A DNA stretch of 63,701 bases, filler included. It is 7 parts of 7 records of this genome, joined end to end, with 100 filler letters (N's around TTAATTAATTAA, not from the genome) between each part and the next. Parts side by side here need not be neighbours in the genome. Positions count along the whole stretch, not along the records: positions 1 to 13,035 come from SRR31147125_25944; 6 more parts are not named here. The stretch is one strand, 5' to 3'. Shown piece by piece: positions 1 through 10,948 of the stretch. Each line of letters begins with the position of its first letter. The first letter of the stretch is position 1. A program made the translations under genes and the position numbers. The notes under the pieces are model-generated. The model had not been told where the DNA came from. It saw only the letters and a list, made by a program, of their open reading frames with translations, and ran no database searches.

Positions 1-25
1 GCAAAAAATAATAAACAAAAGAACT

Positions 26-856
26 TTGCCAGAGATTATCCGCGGTAGAGGACTTAGGCATGATAGAGAACTGTATGTTAAAAGAGGCGAGCTAGAGGTT
101 GAAGCTTTAAAAAAAGTGAACCATATTATTGGAAGAACAGAATGGGATTATGCTTGTTCAGGATTTATAAACCCAAATACGACGTATTATAAATGCAATG
201 AATCTTTAAGAGAAACGTTTTATAATAGAGTGTGGGATTATGAAAAATGTGATAAACATTCGATATTTTTAAGCCAAGGTGATTATCCTATTAAAGGGTT
301 GCATCATATGATTGAAGCACTAGTGCTTATAAAAAGATTTTATAAAGATGTTACAGTTTTTGTTGCCGGCGGGGCACATACTGAACCTAAGACGTTTATG
401 CAAAAATTAAAGCAGAAATCTTATCCAAGATATATAAGGTCTTTGATTGACAAATACAATTTAGGTGACAACGTTATATTTACGGGGTTTTTAGATGAAA
501 AAGCAATGTGCGATAGATTCTTGGCTTCAAATGTGTTTGTCAGTAGCTCTAATATAGAAAACTCGCCAAACTCTGTGGGTGAGGCTATGATACTTGGAGT
601 GCCTTGCGTGTCTTCTGATGTTGGTGGCGTCAGTGATTTGATGACGCATAAAAAAGAAGGTTTTGTTTATCAATCAACTGCACCCTATATGCTGGCTAAT
701 TATGTTATAAAACTGTTTGAAGATAAAGATTTATGCTTTGAATTTTCTAAAGCAAGCAGACAAAAAGCTCTTTTGACACATGATGCAGATAAAAATAACA
801 AAGCACTTTTAACGATATATAAGAGCATAATAATGAAAAATGAAGGTAAAGAATAA
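26..856 (+). CDS. Glycosyltransferase family 4 (GT-B), 5'-truncated at the window edge
   Basis: C-terminal GT4 motifs: KGLHHMIEA, ENSPNSVGEAMILGVPCVSSDVGG. Confidence 0.85.
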   Translation: MPEIIRGRGLRHDRELYVKRGELEVEALKKVNHIIGRTEWDYACSGFINPNTTYYKCNESLRETFYNRVWDYEKCDKHSIFLSQGDYPIKGLHHMIEALVLIKRFYKDVTVFVAGGAHTEPKTFMQKLKQKSYPRYIRSLIDKYNLGDNVIFTGFLDEKAMCDRFLASNVFVSSSNIENSPNSVGEAMILGVPCVSSDVGGVSDLMTHKKEGFVYQSTAPYMLANYVIKLFEDKDLCFEFSKASRQKALLTHDADKNNKALLTIYKSIIMKNEGKE

Positions 857-2037
857 TGACAAAAGTCATCTTATGCGGACATACAGGAAGCAACAACCAT
901 GGTTGCGAAGCGATTATTAAAGGTACAGCAGAAATATTTAATAGACATAACATAGATTGCGCACTAGCTACAAAGGCAAAAGATCAGGACGAAAAGTTTG
1001 GAGTATCTGAATTTTGCGATATCTATACTTACAAAAATGTTACAGGTATTAGGCTTTTTATAAGCAGAATAGTAAATAAACTGACATCTCCAAGAGCGTG
1101 CTCCGAGTTTTTTCATCAAAAAGACGTGTGGAAAAAGCTAAAAGGGAATATTGCTATAAATGTTGGCGGAGATACTTATTGTTATGATATCCCATGGACA
1201 AGTATTCATCTAAATAAGTTCACATCAAGAAAGAAAATACCTTGTGTATTGTTTGGATGCTCTATAGAGGATACAGCTATCACGGATTTTATAAAAAGAG
1301 ATTTGGAAAAATTTGATTTAATTATGCCGAGAGAAAGCCTTACATATAAAAATCTTATTGATGCTGGGATAGAAAAGGATAAACTTTTTTACATGACAGA
1401 CCCAGCATTTGCTTTGCCTGTACAAGAATATAAGCTTGATGAAGGTTTTTTAAAAAAACCAGTAGTTGGAATAAACCTAAGCCCGCTTATTATAGAGGAA
1501 TGTGAAAAAGATGGCATGGTTATGGAAAATTATAAAAGGATGATTGAGCACATTTTGGATAGTACTGAGTACAATATTTGTCTTGTGCCGCATGTATATT
1601 CAAAAAAAGTAAAGCAGGATTTAATTCCGCTTACAGAGCTGTTTTTGGAGTATAAAAACACTGATAGGATTATGCTTATAGATGAGGAAATAAACTGTAA
1701 GCAATTAAAGTATGTTATATCAAAATGTAGTTTGTTTGTATGCGCAAGAACACATGCATCTATTGCTGCTTATTCATCACATGTTCCAACTTTGGTTGTT
1801 GGATACTCTGTTAAATCTAAAGGTATTGCGCTCGACTTGTTTGGATCCTATGAAAATTATGTTATACCAACGCAGGATCTAAGTTATGAGAATCAACTAA
1901 AAGATGGCTTTATTTGGCTTGATAAAAATAAAGATAACATACATAAAAAGCTTACTGATTGTATGGATAACTATAAGCAAAAAGCGCATGATTCGGCAAA
2001 AGCCATAAGAGAAATTATAAACAAAACAGGAGAATAG
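856..2037 (+). CDS. Polysaccharide pyruvyl transferase family protein (WcaK-like)
   Basis: N-terminal NHGCEAI, GGDTY, PRES, DPAF and RTHASIAA..VPTLVVGYSVKSKG motifs. Confidence 0.85.
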   Translation: MTKVILCGHTGSNNHGCEAIIKGTAEIFNRHNIDCALATKAKDQDEKFGVSEFCDIYTYKNVTGIRLFISRIVNKLTSPRACSEFFHQKDVWKKLKGNIAINVGGDTYCYDIPWTSIHLNKFTSRKKIPCVLFGCSIEDTAITDFIKRDLEKFDLIMPRESLTYKNLIDAGIEKDKLFYMTDPAFALPVQEYKLDEGFLKKPVVGINLSPLIIEECEKDGMVMENYKRMIEHILDSTEYNICLVPHVYSKKVKQDLIPLTELFLEYKNTDRIMLIDEEINCKQLKYVISKCSLFVCARTHASIAAYSSHVPTLVVGYSVKSKGIALDLFGSYENYVIPTQDLSYENQLKDGFIWLDKNKDNIHKKLTDCMDNYKQKAHDSAKAIREIINKTGE

Positions 2038-3573
2038 ATGGTAAATCAAAGAAAAATGGGGGCAATATTGTCCTATGTAAATACGTTTTTGGGTATTTTA
2101 CTTGGCTTTGTAAATATAAATATTATTACAAATCTAGTGAGTCTAGGTGATGTTGGAGTATATGGTGTACTTGGCTCTGTCATTGGTCTTATGGGTATTT
2201 TGGACCTTGGATTTTCTAGCACTATGGTACGGTATTATTCTAAATCGCTTGCACTAGAAGATAAAGCAAAACAGGAAAACACACTTGCGACTGGTGCCAT
2301 TATTTATGGTGGAATATCCATTTTGGTTATTATAGCTGGCTTTGGTGTATTCCCTTTGATAGACGTTTTTTACGATGTATCATTTACAAGCAGTGAGCTT
2401 ATTCTTGCAAGAAAAATGTTTATTATTATGGTCTTTAATTTTGTTATGTCCATAAGTACAAACATCTATAATTCGGTTTTAACAGCTAAAGAACGTTTTA
2501 TATTTATGAATGTATTGGATTTTGTAAAAGCTATTATGAATCCAATTTTGATATGGACATTGCTCTATTACACTCACAATATTATGATTGTGGTAATTAT
2601 TCATACTGTTGTAAACATAGCAGGAATAATTGCTAAGATAATATATTCTCATGCTTCGTTAAAAGTTAAAATTAAGCTTCATAGCTTTGATAAAGATTTA
2701 TTTAAGGCGATATCCGCTTTTGCGTTTTTTGTATTTTTAAACGTAATTATGGACAAGGTATACTGGCAGACTGACAATTTGATTTTGGGTTCTGTTGTTG
2801 GTACAGCTGCGGTTGCGGTTTATGCTCAAGCGTCAACACTTACAAGATATTATCTTAATTTTTCTTCGCAAATTGCTAGCGTGTTTTTGCCTAAAATCAC
2901 ATCTATTTCTGCAAAGACAGATGATATGAAAGAACTAAATTCGATATTTTTACGCATCGGTAGAGTTCAGTATATTATAATAATGTTGATACTAACAGGA
3001 TTTATTATATTTGGACAAGAGTTTGTTGTAAAACTTACAAATAATAATTATGCTGAAGCGTACTACTTTGCGCTTATATTAATGGTTCCTTTGGTTGTTC
3101 CGCTTATACAAAATACAGGAATCTCTATTTTGCAAGCAAAAAATAAGCATAAGTTTAGAAGCGTCGTGTATTTCTTTATAGCTGTTTTAAACTTTAGTGC
3201 ATCCATACCGCTTGCAAAGCTTTACGGTGGCTACGGTTGTGCTGCGGCTACTGCTGGTTCGCTTATCATTGGTCAGTGGATCATAATAAATATATATTAT
3301 AAAAAAGTTATTGGCCTTGAGATTGGAAACTTCTTTAAAAATATAGTTAAGATGTCGCCTTCTATTTTTTTACTAGGTGCTGTCGGTTATTATATAAACC
3401 AATATGTTATAACCGACAATTTATTTGTGTTGGCGCTAAAGATTGTTATTTATTCAAGTGCTTACTTTTTAATAGTTGGTAAATTTTCGTTTAATGACTA
3501 TGAAAGAGATAGTTTTTTAGGTATATTTAATAAAGCAGTTTCTATGATTTTTAGGAGAAAAGTGAATGATTGA
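2038..3573 (+). CDS. Wzx-type oligosaccharide flippase (MOP/MATE-like)
   Basis: About 12-14 hydrophobic helices, LDLGF motif, located in a polysaccharide operon. Confidence 0.85.
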   Translation: MVNQRKMGAILSYVNTFLGILLGFVNINIITNLVSLGDVGVYGVLGSVIGLMGILDLGFSSTMVRYYSKSLALEDKAKQENTLATGAIIYGGISILVIIAGFGVFPLIDVFYDVSFTSSELILARKMFIIMVFNFVMSISTNIYNSVLTAKERFIFMNVLDFVKAIMNPILIWTLLYYTHNIMIVVIIHTVVNIAGIIAKIIYSHASLKVKIKLHSFDKDLFKAISAFAFFVFLNVIMDKVYWQTDNLILGSVVGTAAVAVYAQASTLTRYYLNFSSQIASVFLPKITSISAKTDDMKELNSIFLRIGRVQYIIIMLILTGFIIFGQEFVVKLTNNNYAEAYYFALILMVPLVVPLIQNTGISILQAKNKHKFRSVVYFFIAVLNFSASIPLAKLYGGYGCAAATAGSLIIGQWIIINIYYKKVIGLEIGNFFKNIVKMSPSIFLLGAVGYYINQYVITDNLFVLALKIVIYSSAYFLIVGKFSFNDYERDSFLGIFNKAVSMIFRRKVND

Positions 3574-4735
3574 TATTAAAGACAAAAAGGATTGTAGCGG
3601 TTGTTATGCTTGCGTTAATATATGCCCAGATGATTGTATCAGTATGCATATAGATAACGAGGGCTTTTGGTATCCTAAAGTTAATAAGGATATTTGTACC
3701 GAGTGTGGACTTTGTAGAAAATCATGTCATGTAATAAATAAAAATATAGCGAAATCAGACCCTAAAGCTTATGCTGCATACTACAAAGATGAGAAAATTA
3801 GAATGCAAAGTTCTTCTGGAGGAATATTTACACCTCTTGCAAAATATATCTTGGGAAAAGGTGGAGTTGTTTTTGGCGCTATGTTCAACGATGATTACAG
3901 TGTTTCTCATGGGTTTGTTGAGAGACAAGAGGATTTGCATAAACTTAGACGCTCTAAATATGTCCAATCGAATATTGGTAACAGTATGGAGATGGCTAAA
4001 AGATTTTTGATAGACGGAAGATATGTACTTTTTACAGGAACGCCATGTCAGGTAACAGGTTTTAAGCTTTTTTTAAGCCATAGCTATGATAATCTATTTC
4101 TTTGCGATATAATTTGCCATGGTGTGCCTTCTCCAAAAGTTTGGCAAAAGTATAGAAACCTTGTTGCAAAGGATGCCGAGCATATTAACTTTAGAGATAA
4201 AACCAAAGGTTGGAGAGATTTTTCCTTGCGCTTTGATTTTAAAAACAGAAAAAAGATTAGAGTACAAGATGACGATAAATATCTCTATGCTTTTTTTAGA
4301 AATATCATTTTACGTCCATCATGCTATGATTGTACTGAAAAACATATGGAGAACCATTCTGATATTACAATTGCCGATTACTGGGGCATTGAGAATGAAC
4401 ACCCCGAATTTTCGGATGATAAAGGAATATCGCTTATAATAACACAAACGCCAAAAGGTGAAAAAATATTGGACAAAATAAGACCCGAAATAGAGATTAT
4501 AGATTCCAATATAGATATGGTGCCAAAGTATAATTTAGCATATACGCATTCAGCTAAAATTCCAAGTGTTAGACAGGACTTTTTTGATAAACTGGATAAC
4601 ACTGACTTTAACACTTTGCTCAATGAATATTGTAAAGATCCTTTAAAAGTTAGATTGCAAATAAAAGCGGATAAAGAGATGATTAAATTAAAAACGATCG
4701 TTAAAAAAATTATAAGATATAAACGAAAGGGATAA
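3566..4735 (+). CDS. Coenzyme F420 hydrogenase/dehydrogenase beta-subunit-like protein with an N-terminal 2x[4Fe-4S] ferredoxin
   Basis: CSGCYACVNICP and CTECGLCRKSC; SSSGG, SKYVQS, GTPCQ, CHGVPS, RPSCYDC, SDITIADYWG. Confidence 0.85.
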   Translation: MIDIKDKKDCSGCYACVNICPDDCISMHIDNEGFWYPKVNKDICTECGLCRKSCHVINKNIAKSDPKAYAAYYKDEKIRMQSSSGGIFTPLAKYILGKGGVVFGAMFNDDYSVSHGFVERQEDLHKLRRSKYVQSNIGNSMEMAKRFLIDGRYVLFTGTPCQVTGFKLFLSHSYDNLFLCDIICHGVPSPKVWQKYRNLVAKDAEHINFRDKTKGWRDFSLRFDFKNRKKIRVQDDDKYLYAFFRNIILRPSCYDCTEKHMENHSDITIADYWGIENEHPEFSDDKGISLIITQTPKGEKILDKIRPEIEIIDSNIDMVPKYNLAYTHSAKIPSVRQDFFDKLDNTDFNTLLNEYCKDPLKVRLQIKADKEMIKLKTIVKKIIRYKRKG

Positions 4736-4743
4736 AAAGACAT

Positions 4744-5526
4744 ATGAATATATTTATGGCTAACGATGATGGCTATAATTCGCCGTTGCTTTTAAAATTA
4801 GCGACAAAGCTTGCAAAAGAACATGATGTTACTGTAGTTGCACCACAAGGACCACAAAGTGCAGCAGGTCACGCTCTTACTATGCATAAACCGCTTAGAA
4901 TAAGCTACTATAAAGATTTATCTGAGCAGACAGGAGCTGAAATTTACTCTTGCTCAGGAAAGCCTGCAGACTGCGTTAAGCTTGGTCTTGATGTTGTTAT
5001 GAAAAAGATGCCAAATCTTATGATTTCGGGCATAAATTATGGTGCCAATATAGGGACGGATGTAATGTATTCTGGAACAGTTGCTGCTGCATTGGAAAGC
5101 TCATTTATGGGGATAACATCTATTTCAACATCGTTGGTTTATGGCGAAACCATAGAGGAGCAAACAGCGGTTGATGTTATTTGTGATTTTGTAAGGAAAT
5201 ACCCATTTGAGACTATAAAAGATCATACTATACTCAATATAAATGTTCCAAACGTTAAATACGAGGATATTAAGGGAGTGAAGCAAACGCCGCTTGATAT
5301 TGTAAAGTATACGGATATAGTAAAAGAAGGAAAAGACCAATGGGGAAGAGATTTTTACTGGTTGGGCGGACAGGTATCTAGCGATACAAATGAAAATACC
5401 GATGCTTATTGGATAAGAAAAGGGTACATAACAGTAACGCCGCTTACCTATATATTCCACGATAAAGATTCAATGCAAACTGTTGGTGATAACTTAAAAG
5501 AGCACATTGGCGGTATTTATGAGTAG
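4744..5526 (+). CDS. surE: 5'/3'-nucleotidase SurE
   Basis: ANDDG, VVAP..QSA.GH, SGKPADCV, SGINYGANIG, YSGTVAAA. Confidence 0.93.
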   Translation: MNIFMANDDGYNSPLLLKLATKLAKEHDVTVVAPQGPQSAAGHALTMHKPLRISYYKDLSEQTGAEIYSCSGKPADCVKLGLDVVMKKMPNLMISGINYGANIGTDVMYSGTVAAALESSFMGITSISTSLVYGETIEEQTAVDVICDFVRKYPFETIKDHTILNINVPNVKYEDIKGVKQTPLDIVKYTDIVKEGKDQWGRDFYWLGGQVSSDTNENTDAYWIRKGYITVTPLTYIFHDKDSMQTVGDNLKEHIGGIYE

Positions 5527-6732
5527 TGTTGCTGTAATTGGAGCTGGTCCTGCTGGCGTTATGGCTGGTATATCTGCTAGTCAAAATGGGCATGATGTTA
5601 CTATTTTTGAGCAAAACGAAAAGATAGGTAAAAAGCTTTTTTTGACAGGCAAAGGAAGATGCAATGTTACTAACGATGCAGATGTAGAGGATTTTTTTGG
5701 GAATATTCCTACCAATCCAAAATTTTTATACAGTGCACTTTATACTTTTTCAAACTACAGTCTGTTAGAGTATCTAAATGAGCTTGGGCTTGAAACAAAA
5801 GTAGAGCGCGGAGGGCGTGTTTTTCCTGTTTCGGATAAATCCAGCGATGTTATAAAGGCATTGCAAATTGGGTTGCGCAAAAGCGGTGCACAGCTTTTGT
5901 TAAACACTAAGATTAAAAGCCTTATAAAAAAGGAAGCTTTTTTGAGTTAAAAAACGATTCAAATACATATCATTTCGATAGTGTTATTGTTGCTACTGGT
6001 GGCGTTTCTTATAAATCTACTGGCAGCGATGGAGAGTTTTTTAAAATCATTAAATCATTGGGGCACAACATCAAACCACTTTCGGCCTCACTTATAGGTT
6101 TAAATACAAAAACTGATGTAAGTGCGCTTTCTGGGCTTACGCTTAAAAACGTTAAGGCTAGTTTTTTTGGTTGCAATAAATTAGTTTATAGCGAACAAGG
6201 CGAGATGCTTTTTACGCATAAAGGAATATCAGGACCATTGGTTTTGTCCGCAAGCGCTTACTATAATGACAAAACTCTTGCCGATGCTTATGTGCTTTTG
6301 GATTTAAAGCCTGCTTTAGATGAAAAGAAACTCGAAGCTAGGTTGCTTAGAGACTTTTCTGAATTTCCTAATAAGGATTTTTTGAATATCATGAGAGGAT
6401 ATTTACCATCATCTTTAATTGATGATTTTTGCCAAAGGCTAAGTTTTGATCGACACACAAAAATAAACTCAGTAACTAAGAAAAACAGAAGCGAAATAAT
6501 AACGCTATTAAAATCATATAGAATAGATATAAAATCTAAAGGAGATATAAACCAAGCTATTATAACAAGAGGTGGAGTGGATGTTTGTGAAATAGATGCT
6601 TCTACAATGCAAAGTAAGATAGTAGATGGGTTGTATTTTTGCGGAGAAATGATAGATGTTGATGCGCTTACTGGCGGGTTTAATTTACAGATTGCTTTTT
6701 CTACTGGTTATTTAGCAGGGGCTTCAATATAA
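5519..6732 (+). CDS. HI0933/BaiN-family NAD(P)/FAD-dependent oxidoreductase, with a 1-nt frameshift near 5935
   Basis: GAGPAG, GKKLFLTGKGRCNVTN, GRVFP in frame 1; ATGG, LFTHKGISGP, TRGGV, GEMIDVDALTGGFNLQ in frame 2; the break lies in A/T runs. Confidence 0.88.
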
Positions 6733-6733
6733 C

Positions 6734-6771
6734 AAAAAACGCTATTGAGTCATAATCCTAATAGCGCTTTT
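6734..6771. terminator. Probable bidirectional intrinsic terminator between convergent operons
   Basis: CGCTATT..AATAGCG stem flanked by A and T tracts. Confidence 0.5.
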
Positions 6772-6798
6772 ATAGTTTTGATGATGCTTTCTATTGCA

Positions 6799-9099
6799 TT
6801 ATTTTTTAATCTTAAGCTTTTTAAGAATTTTATCCATTGCTTTTTTTCTATCCAGCATAAACATGAGTATCAGTTTTGATAGCTTGCCCTTTTTAGCCTT
6901 TTCTAGCTTATTATAAGCTTGTTTATGGGCTAAAAGCATATCGGCAGAATAGACATTATGCTTTTTAAGTTCCATATCAATTTTTTCTTTTATACTTATA
7001 TTGCTTCCCTTTGAATAAATGTAAGATAAAAATTCGCGATCTTCATCATTATCATATAATAAAAAGTACTCAAGTGGCATTGCAAAGCTTGTTGATTTGT
7101 GGCTGTATATTTTATCGTGTCCAAATAAATTTCTATAATCATTAAAAAACTCATGAACACCAATATGGATATCCATCATTATTTGATTTTGGACATATCC
7201 ATTATCAGCATTATCTGATAATAAATCTTTGTATATGCTTATATCTATCATTGGCATATCATCAAATAAACTGACTAAGCTATCATAATTGGAACTATGG
7301 TCGCAATACACACAAATTATCTTATCGTAATATTTCAACAAGTCTTTTTTACTTTCATCAAAATAATATGTAAATCCAGTTTTAATACTTTCGTCTATTT
7401 TGTCGTTTTTTAAGTAATCAAAGCAACTATCGTGGCATAATGCTATAAGGCTGTGTATGCCATCGATGAATTCTATGCTCTGCGGATTTGAGTTTTGCGA
7501 AATAAAATCTACAATACCTTTGATATATGTTCCAAGCACAAAATATCCAAAAACAAAAGCACTTGAGCTTACGAAACCTTTATTAGCGTAGTATGAATAG
7601 GGGTTGTCATAAAGCTTATTTGCAGTTAATCTAATCATATGATCCAATACTGTATCTGAGCTAGAAAAGTTAATGGCACCATTAGAGTAAATATCAGAAA
7701 TACTTGAAATCTCACGTCTATCATAAAATGACTGCAAACTGGATCTTATATATATATTTGGTATATCGTAAGAGCTATTTGAATTGCTGTGTAGATACAG
7801 GACTTTGTTACCGTCTTGGATATCAACAGCGTTAAGCGTATTAACTATTTCTGTATATTTTGCATCTGAAAAATAGCCTATGATATCTTTTACAGTTTCT
7901 TTAGTTTGGGTTTCACATTTGATTATATACACTTTCTTTTGTGCACTGCATGCTAATGAAAGAAGATTAAAACCATATTCTCTTTTGCTAAAATGACTAT
8001 CACCTTCTGCTTTATTATAGTATTTTGTGCATCTATTTAAAAGGATACCCTTAGCATCAAGTATTATGATATCGCTAGAAAGTATACGTTTTTTTATATC
8101 ATTATCACGATCATCAAAAGGACATATTTTGCTGTATGCATAATTATCATATCTATCAGTAAGCTCTATCTTCTCTTTGTCAAAGGTTTTTAAAAGCAGA
8201 CCATATAAATATTGCATATCTTTTTTAGAATGCTTTGTTTTAGAAAGAGAAACGCACCAAGACCTGAAGTATTTTGACTTAAGAGTATAAAAATCATCTA
8301 AAACTTGTTTCTGCTCATGATGGTCTTTTAAATAGTGCTCTATAAAATTAAAAACGTATTCAAAGTCAGAAAATGATTTTTCGAATTTTTTGATGTTTCC
8401 AGAAAGTCCTGTTGAGGAATTTCCGTGTCTTTGATAGTATATTCCAAAGTATTTTACCGAGGATATGATTCTTGCATGGGTAAATAGGATGGTTGAAAAC
8501 AACAAGTCTTCTAACATAATTACGTGCTTATCGACAGATAAAATATCCTGTTTCGCTTTTTCAAATAAGTCTCTTCTAATAAGTTTACTGCAAACAGAAT
8601 TCCATTTTACGCTTATACCATTATGGTAGTATAAAAAATTTACTAAATCATCGCCAAGGAAAACCTCATCTTTTAATAGGTCTGCGGTTAAAGTGTATTT
8701 AAAACTTTCGTGGGCATGTTCGTGAATAAAGTTGCAGCACACGATTTCAGAATTATTTCCTTTTGCATCAAAAAGCATCGTCTGAAAATAATCACATGTT
8801 ATATAATCGTCGCTATCTAAAGAAGCAATATAGTCGCCTGTGCAGTTTAACATTCCTGTTACTCTTGCACGGAATAGACCTTTATTACTCTCGTGTTTTA
8901 TATATTGTATTCTTGAATCTTTTTCAGCATAATTGCTTATAATTTTTGCGCTATTATCGGTAGAGCAATCATCTATAAATATTATCTCTAGGTTTTTATA
9001 ACTGTTTGATATAACGCTTTCTATGCACTTTGGCAAAAACTCTTCTACGTTATAAACAGGTATCAGTACAGAAATTTTATCATCGAATATTTTAGACAT
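6799..9099 (-). CDS. Glycosyltransferase family 2 with a long, degenerate C-terminal extension
   Basis: ISVLIPVYNVE, IDDCSTD, LDSDD, MLEDLLF. Confidence 0.85.
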   Translation of the reverse strand: MSKIFDDKISVLIPVYNVEEFLPKCIESVISNSYKNLEIIFIDDCSTDNSAKIISNYAEKDSRIQYIKHESNKGLFRARVTGMLNCTGDYIASLDSDDYITCDYFQTMLFDAKGNNSEIVCCNFIHEHAHESFKYTLTADLLKDEVFLGDDLVNFLYYHNGISVKWNSVCSKLIRRDLFEKAKQDILSVDKHVIMLEDLLFSTILFTHARIISSVKYFGIYYQRHGNSSTGLSGNIKKFEKSFSDFEYVFNFIEHYLKDHHEQKQVLDDFYTLKSKYFRSWCVSLSKTKHSKKDMQYLYGLLLKTFDKEKIELTDRYDNYAYSKICPFDDRDNDIKKRILSSDIIILDAKGILLNRCTKYYNKAEGDSHFSKREYGFNLLSLACSAQKKVYIIKCETQTKETVKDIIGYFSDAKYTEIVNTLNAVDIQDGNKVLYLHSNSNSSYDIPNIYIRSSLQSFYDRREISSISDIYSNGAINFSSSDTVLDHMIRLTANKLYDNPYSYYANKGFVSSSAFVFGYFVLGTYIKGIVDFISQNSNPQSIEFIDGIHSLIALCHDSCFDYLKNDKIDESIKTGFTYYFDESKKDLLKYYDKIICVYCDHSSNYDSLVSLFDDMPMIDISIYKDLLSDNADNGYVQNQIMMDIHIGVHEFFNDYRNLFGHDKIYSHKSTSFAMPLEYFLLYDNDEDREFLSYIYSKGSNISIKEKIDMELKKHNVYSADMLLAHKQAYNKLEKAKKGKLSKLILMFMLDRKKAMDKILKKLKIKK

Positions 9100-9163
9100 T
9101 TTGATTTACTCCCATTATTAATTTGAATAATAATACGTAAAACTATATTAAGGTTTTTATCAG

Positions 9164-9937
9164 TTACCATACCTTCCAAGGAGCATTACCTTTATCCCAA
9201 AGCTTATTTAACTCTTGTTTTTCGCGTAAAGTATCCATAGGTTGCCAAAAACCAGCGTGTTTGTATGCGGCTAATTCTCCTTTAGAAGCCAATACAGAAA
9301 GCGCATCTTTTTCCAGCACAGTACTGTCGCCGTCCAAATAATCAAAAATTTCTGGTTGTGCTACCATAAACCCAGCGTTAATCCATGCCTGTTCGAATGT
9401 TTCTTTTTCTTTAAACTCATCTACAATATCATCTCCGACAAACTTTAACGTTCCAAACCTAGGTTTTAACTGTACTGCTGTAAGCGTAACAAGTTTTTGA
9501 GCCTGTTTATGTCTTTCTACTAGTTTATTAATATCAATATCAGAAACACCATCACCATAGGTTATCATAAAGGGCTCGTTTCCAACATATTCTTTTATTC
9601 TTTTTATTCTGCCGCCAGTCATAGTGTCAAGCCCAGTTTCAATCAGGTTTACTTTCCAAGGTTCTGTCCAATTGTTAAAAACTTTCATGCTGCCAGATTG
9701 GCTATAATCAAACTGAACATCTGATGTGTGTAACATAAGGTTCGCAAAAAACTCTTTAATCACATATCCTTTATATCCAAGGCAAATGATAAAATCGTTA
9801 AAACCATAATGAGAGTATGTCTTCATGATATGCCAAAGTATTGGATAATTCCCTATCTCAACCATAGGTTTTGGTCTAACGGTAGATTCCTCGCTTATTC
9901 TTGTACCGTATCCTCCAGCTAATATTACAACTTTCAT
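9164..9937 (-). CDS. rfbF: Glucose-1-phosphate cytidylyltransferase
   Basis: LAGGYGTRISEE..RPKPMVEIG, TMTGGRIKR, TYGDG, INAGF, GFWQPMDTLREK. Confidence 0.93.
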   Translation of the reverse strand: MKVVILAGGYGTRISEESTVRPKPMVEIGNYPILWHIMKTYSHYGFNDFIICLGYKGYVIKEFFANLMLHTSDVQFDYSQSGSMKVFNNWTEPWKVNLIETGLDTMTGGRIKRIKEYVGNEPFMITYGDGVSDIDINKLVERHKQAQKLVTLTAVQLKPRFGTLKFVGDDIVDEFKEKETFEQAWINAGFMVAQPEIFDYLDGDSTVLEKDALSVLASKGELAAYKHAGFWQPMDTLREKQELNKLWDKGNAPWKVW

Positions 9938-10004
9938 AAAGTTATATATCCTTTCAATTTTAGGTCTAAAAATCAGTTATCTATATTATAACAAAGCATA
10001 TGGT

Positions 10005-10945
10005 TTAATCATAGTTTATTCTCTCAAGTTCAACAACTAAAGGCCTGTTCATAACCCTTTTATTAATACTTAGGATATATTCTCCTAGTAAACCAATAAA
10101 AAACAGCTGGGCTGAACCTAAAAAGAATATACCTATAACAAGTGGGGCTATTCCTGCGTTAAACCTATCCCAAAAACATAATTTATAGATTAAATATATT
10201 AATGCGGCCAAGATTGAAAGTGCTGCAATAATGAATCCCGCAAAAGTTGCTACTCTTAAGCCGACTTTTGTGTATGAAGTAAACGAAAGCATTGCAGCAT
10301 CGTAATATCTATAAAAGTTATAGCTGCTTTTTCCGCCTTTTCGCAATTGTTGCTCATATACTATGTCTTTTCTCTTATACCCAAATTCTGCAACGATTCC
10401 GCGTAAAAACGGTATTGGGTCTTCTAATTTTTCCATAACTGCCAAAAATTCTTGGTCATAAAGTGCAAATCCAGTAAAATGAGAAATTTGTTCAACTTCA
10501 CTCATAGCACCAATTGTCTTATAATAGCAAGAACGCAAAAAGTACATAATCTTGTTTTCCTTGCTGGTTGCTTTTATTCCACAAACTATCTTATATCCAT
10601 TTTCCCATTCATGTACAAATTTTGGTATCATATTAAGTGGATCCTGGAAATCTGCACAGAGCAAGATAGAACAATCTCCAGTTCCTTGAAAAAGACCATA
10701 GTATGGCGAATTAAACGGACCAAAGTTTTTTGCGTTGAATATAGCTTTTATCTTCTTGTTTTTAGCACATAAAACTCTTACTATATCCCTTGTCTTGTCT
10801 TTAGAATCATTATCGATAATAACTATTTCATAATCGTACTTAGGTAAATCACTTTGCATTAACTCACAAACCTGTTTTGTAAGCTCTGCTATATTTTCCT
10901 GTTCGTTATAAGTTGGAACAATAATGCTTATTTTTTCTTGTCCAT
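10005..10945 (-). CDS. GT2 polyprenol-phosphate glycosyltransferase (GtrB/DPM1-like) with two C-terminal transmembrane helices
   Basis: IIVPTYNE, IDNDSKD, NAKNFG, CADFQDP, RKGGKS. The likely ATG is at 10945 (MDKKKISII), which needs one extra A in an A-run. Confidence 0.85.
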
Positions 10946-10948
10946 TAT

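Noticed and set aside
5925-5950. HI0933 gene, and likewise the GtrB start (~10935), murU-like (~18775), GH88 (~36635) and membrane protein (~46305), as pseudogenes
   Set aside because: Each is a single indel in an A/T homopolymer with no other sign of decay.
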